Assembly: GCF_004010195.1 (NCBI RefSeq)
Contig: NC_057720.1
Span: 36,641,538 to 36,698,689, forward strand
DNA length: 57,152 bases
Source of the DNA: Chiloscyllium plagiosum
Lineage: Eukaryota
Direction: 5' to 3'
Below, piece by piece: positions 52,457-57,152 of the stretch. The position numbers and the translations under genes were made by a program. The first letter of the stretch is position 1. The number at the start of each line of letters is the position of its first letter. Below the pieces are notes generated by a model, which saw only the letters and a list, made by a program, of their open reading frames with translations, did no database searches and was not told where the DNA came from.

Positions 52457-53027
52457 TGTAACCCAAGCAGGGGGGTGGTCACGTGACGTCCCGTTTCGCG
52501 CCCCGGAAGAGTGTGAGGCAGTTACGTGCCGTCCTGTCTCGCGCCCGGAAGAGTGCCAGGCGGTCACCTGACGTCCCGTTTCGTGCCCCAGAAGAGTGCG
52601 GGCGGTCACGTGATGTTCCATTTCGCGCCTCGGAAGTGGGTCGAGGAGGTCACGTGATGCTCCATTTCGCAGCAAAAGAAGGTCACGTGGGGTCGGACAT
52701 TTAGGAATGCGAGGAGGCGGGGAATGGAGTCAGATCAACACCCAATCAGAAGATAATTCTACCTCAGTGTTTATATGACGTTTTTTATGGTATAAAAGAC
52801 TGGGGCAGGGACAAAATGAGGTCTTTCTTTTTGAACAGTCACACGTTGTAATTTGTCAGGGACAAAGAGGTTTAGACCCAGAGCTCTGAATGCCTTGACC
52901 ACTTACTGTTTAAAATAAATTAAGAGTGTGAGACCGAATATCATCTCCTATTGCTTCATTTAAAAGAACACGCAGGACTTGGCTCACACATAGAAAGTAA
53001 GTTGGTAGATTGAGGCAAAGTCCAACA
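52457..53027 (+). promoter_or_regulatory. ERV-C 5' LTR
   Basis: TGT...ACA termini (start could alternatively be 52444); enhancer repeats 52477-52690; GC box 52714-52722; CCAAT 52742; TATAAAA 52791; AATAAA 52914; followed by PBS. Confidence 0.85.
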
Positions 53028-53031
53028 AAAT

Positions 53032-53049
53032 TGGTGAGCCTGACGTGAT
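53032..53049 (+). other. ERV-C primer-binding site, tRNA-Trp
   Basis: TGGTGAGCCTGACGTGAT versus the tRNA-Trp complement TGGTGACCCCGACGTGAT (16/18, one of the differences a G-U wobble). Confidence 0.8.
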
Positions 53050-53233
53050 GAGGATGGAGAAGTGACAGATAGAGAGAAAAATAGAAACAACGGACAACTG
53101 ACGTTTGATGACAACAACAAGCGGCGCCGCATAGAAAAAGGCGAGCAGACGCCTGCAATTGGAGATACTAAATTGATTGTTGTCATTATACTGCAAGTGT
53201 CCTAGTAATAGTAAGTGGACAAAGTACTGATAA

Positions 53234-53511
53234 GGTATGTACAGGTTTAAAGTCCCTTGGGGTTAGAGTCCCCATAAAAGCAACAAAGTTTGGTACGTAC
53301 AGGTTTAAAGTCCCTTGGGGTTAGAGTCCCCATAAAAGCAACAAGGTACGTACGGGTTTAACGTCCCTTGGGGTTAGATTCCCCATAAAAGCAACAAAGT
53401 TTGATACGTACAGGTTTAAAGTCCCTTGGGGTTAGAGTCCTCATAAAAACAACAAGGTACGTAAATGTGAGGAGGTTTAAAGTCCATTGAGCAGAATCTC
53501 ATAAAAGCAAC
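53234..53511 (+). repeat. Tandem array of alternating 58/53-bp units in the ERV-C leader
   Basis: Units start at 53234, 53292, 53345, 53403 and 53456 (last one degenerate). Confidence 0.95.
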
Positions 53512-53818
53512 GCTCACAAATTTTGATGTATGATTGATGTTTTGTAAGTTTTAGAAATTATATTGGGGAATGTATGGAGGGTGGTAGAAAAGCCTGTAGC
53601 GTTTTGAAGACCAAGATGGTGGTGTTTCAGTGAGAGAGAGTTGGTAGTGGAGACCAAAAACTACTGATACATCTCGCTGAAAGGGTCAGTTGCTTGGGTG
53701 AATTTCATCCAAACTGACTAGCCACCGGCTTTGTCTTTGATTGGGTTGGTTGTTTGGTTATATTTATACCTAAACTGACTGACTACTGGACGGGAGGATT
53801 AAAACAAAAATACATAAA

Positions 53819-55781
53819 ATGGAAGGGGAGTTTGATAAAGAGTGTGAAGAATACGGAGGATGTTCTTCTGATTTAATGTTGCCCGTAAAACAGCAGTGGG
53901 GTAAAGCCAGAAGTCAGTTAGTCAGTGGGCTTGCAAAGAATAAACAAAAAACAATGATGGAGAAATATGATAAGATTTGGGAGTAGTTACAGAAACAGGG
54001 CAAAGTCCCTAAAGATGAGGAGAGGAAGAAATTGTCACTGTTTTTAGGAAAAGCAGAAGAGCAAGCTAAAGTAGAAGTAGAAGAGCACATGAAGGGAAAG
54101 AAAGGGTCAATATTNNNNNNNNNNNNNNNNNNNNNNNNNNNNNNNNNNCAGGACCATCTGCGCCATTATATCCTAAATTGCCTGTGGTACAATCACCGCC
54201 CCCATATCCTGTAATACAAATGCCACTTATGTATGTTCAAGAAGGGGTGTTAGACATGCGAGAAGTAGGAACAAGAGAGTACAATGTAGTAAAACAGAGA
54301 CTGGCGGAGGCTGTAGAAGAAAGCATTAGAAAAGTAGAAAAATTAACATTAGAAGTTGATCAGAGGGTTAAGGAAGTGGAGGAAGCAAATAGGGTGACAA
54401 TGATGCACAATAGGAACAAAGAACAGCCAAAACAGGGGAGATGTTTTACAGTGCAGGAGCCAAATGCTCATTCGACACCGTATAGTGCTGAGAATGAAAA
54501 GAGGGGAAGATTACATGATTCAGGTCAGTTATTGGATGATGGGTTCTCAGGGAAGAACAGGATAGAGAGAAATTGGATGAGGAGGAGTCTAAAAGTAGTA
54601 TAGATATTGAGGACGAAGAATCCTTGACAGACGATGACCCAAACACCTACCCAGTCACCTTGAAAGGCTCACTTACAATGCATACCGAACATGGCCCTTC
54701 ACTGAAGCCCCTCCCTGAACCAAGTTATAACTTGCGTCAAAGAGACACATTGTGACAACCTATAAAGTATCAGCACCACCAAATGCCATTAATTTACAGA
54801 GGCTCTTATCTGGGGAATGTTTATCAGCCTTTCACATATACTGATATGAATTGTATCCTGGATAGAATGCCCCCACCCATAGAGGGAGGTGGGCCTTGGA
54901 TGACAAAATTTTCTCAATATACACTAGGTCACAAGTTAGCTATGGGCGATTGGAGAGCATTGTTGGGTAAGCAATTGAGTATGTGGGAAATACAGCAGAT
55001 TGAAGTGTCTGCAGGGACCACCTTATTACCTGATTCGGACCTGTTTGCGCAGCATGCCACCTGTGTGGGAAGGGCAATGAGGGAGAGATTCCCGATTCCA
55101 CCGGGAGTGATGCACTCACTCACCTTCACAGTGAAGGAGGGTGAGGATATGCCTGCCTTTTTGGCTAGGTGTAAGGACACGTGGACAGATACTGCGGGGA
55201 GCCATCCAGGGTTGGGTCAGTTACAGACCACGTTATTTAGGAACGCAGTTATGGCAGGGATGCCTAAGGAAGTAAAAGAGGCAATGGAGACTAATCCTGA
55301 CATCCCAGTTGTTCTACAGAACAGTTGGGAAAAACATTTGACGCACCACATGAAGCGTTACAGGACAAAACAGGATGATGATAAACAGAGTAATGAGTCA
55401 GCTCAAGTGCAGTTGTTGAAGTTACAGCTCGATGAGGCTAGGAGGAAGGCTAATGATACAAAGAAGGCCTCCCAAAAGACAACTAATCAGATGGTTCAGC
55501 GGCCGTCGCCACAAAATAACCTGTCGAGTTTAGATCCAACACCTGATTGGATGCCACCCTACCCCCAATATGGGGGCAGNNNNNNNNNNNNNNNNNNNNN
55601 NNNNNNNNNNNNNNNNNNNNNNNNNNNNNNNNNNNNNTTGATCCGAGGACGGTATCTCCGTGCAAGTCAGCCTCCTCTTCAACAGGCTGTTCAGCCTTAT
55701 CAAGTCCCAAATGCAGCTGCAGCCCCGGTGCAAGGACAGTACCCCCAAACTATGCTGGAAGGGCAGGGGTATGAATATTGA
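53819..55781 (+). pseudogene. gag: ERV-C gag (fish-ERV type) with stops, frameshifts and N-gaps
   Basis: ATG at 53819; PPPY late-domain motif; capsid-like YQPFTYTDM..PPPIEGGGPW..LAMGDWRALL; ends GYEY-TGA; the likely zinc-knuckle position lies in an N-gap. Confidence 0.85.
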
Positions 55782-57152
55782 CGGGGCCCGAGAACCCAGG
55801 GGCATGTGTGGTTGGCAGACCCCTATATGCAAATGAGGGTAATGGACAAGACTCTGTCTTTTTTGGTTGACACGGGTGCAAGATTTTCTACCATCACTTG
55901 TGATATACCTCGGTCAAGCATGTCATCCTCTAGCGTCCTGTTAGTAGGGTTCTCAGGTAAACCAGAAAATCTGCCTTTGACATCGCCACTGATCACATCA
56001 GTGGCCGGACAGACTTTTTGTCACCAATATATTTCATCACCTGCATGCCCCGTGAATTTGATGGGACGTGACTTGCTGGTGAGATGTGGGGTTTCGGTTC
56101 TGTGCGGGCCAGACGGACTGGTGGTGACCTTTCCAAATGGCCATTCCGTCAACTGTTCTGTGACAATGATTCACTCTGGATCCCAAATGATGTTATCACC
56201 GGACACATCACTAACAGCAGAAGGGCAGTGGGCAGATATATACTGGGGACTTCTCGAACCCGAAAACAGGCAAAACAACGGCATACAGTCTTTATACAGC
56301 CAATGGCGACCCTGGGTTCAGATGTTGCGCCCCTATGCTCCTCCTGCAGATCCCCTTCATGTTACTTTATATTATGATAGAGATGCTAACGAAATCTATC
56401 AGCATGCATACTATCAGCACCTAGATGGGACTCAATGGGACATTTCTTCCAGTTGCATTCTGCTTGGAAAAGAAGGTGTGGCGGGTGTTGTTGAATTAAC
56501 TGCAGAACAGTTGGAATGTCTGAAGAAGCTATACTTCATGTCACATTGGCCGTGCATGCTGAATATCAGGCCAAGGATCTGGGACCTATGTCCAAACGCT
56601 TGATGGTGCTAACAGACTGGGTGTGGACTCAGTTACCCGGTTTACAATATTCACCATCGGAGGAAGCCTATCAAATTATGTACAGGACAACTGACAAGGT
56701 ACTGCTGGAACACAAGCAGATTGAACGGTTTCATGGTAGGGAAAAAACAGACCATCCATAGGCTGCGGCGATGCTTGACTCTCTACCAGATACCTTGTGG
56801 TCAGCAAACACGTCACACCAATCACATTTGATTTAATAGACCACACTCCAATTTAGCAGAGACAATATTCACACAAACCAGAGGCTGAAGCCGGCATTGC
56901 CGATACAATTGAAGTGTTGTTAGCAGCAGGGGTGCTAGAACCCTCCCAGTCAGCTTGGAACACTCCTATCTTACCTGTAGAGAAGCAGAATACAGGCAGA
57001 TATAGGATGGCGCATGATCTTCGACGGATTAGTAGTGTCGTTTCTACTCCAACAATTCCAGTTCCAAACCCCTACACTGCAATGTCTGTGCTGACCCCTG
57101 ACCATAAGTGGTTCTCGTGCATTGATCTGGCCAACGCGTTCTTTTGTTTGAC
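55782..57152 (+). pseudogene. pol: ERV-C pro-pol 5' part: protease, 2H-phosphoesterase-like domain, RT N-terminus (runs off window)
   Basis: FLVDTGA and CPVNLMGRDLL protease motifs; PLHVTL and ILHVTL; RT QY..KPEA, SAWNTPILPVEK, YRMAHDLR, IDLANAFF. Confidence 0.92.

Noticed and set aside
53234..53511. CRISPR-like array
   Set aside because: Units are contiguous with no unique spacers, no cas genes are present, and the array sits in a retroviral leader in eukaryotic DNA

Overview
Repeat-dense vertebrate genomic DNA with N-gaps, most likely a cartilaginous fish (inferred from the mix of CR1 LINEs, Penelope-like elements and SINEs). No intact host gene could be identified. The window holds many CR1 copies, RTE and Harbinger remnants, SINEs, solo LTRs, Penelope-like elements with hammerhead-ribozyme cores, and three distinct, decayed endogenous retroviruses. 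ERV-A (minus strand, ~22.5-32.8 kb) has a two-zinc-knuckle Gag and an Env TM subunit collinear with filovirus GP2; its integrase is split by a 3.4-kb Penelope-bounded insertion carrying ~3 kb of unrelated DNA. ERV-B (plus, 47.1-52.5 kb) is a HERV-I-like class I ERV with a tRNA-Pro PBS. ERV-C (plus, 52.46 kb to window end) is nested in ERV-B env; it has a tRNA-Trp PBS, an E-box/CRE/E2F/ETS enhancer array, leader tandem repeats and a UGA-CGG gag-pol readthrough. It also carries the top candidate: an extra domain with two H-x-T motifs (2H phosphoesterase) between protease and RT, a possible virion-borne innate-immunity antagonist. Family assignments come from motif recognition, not database searches.
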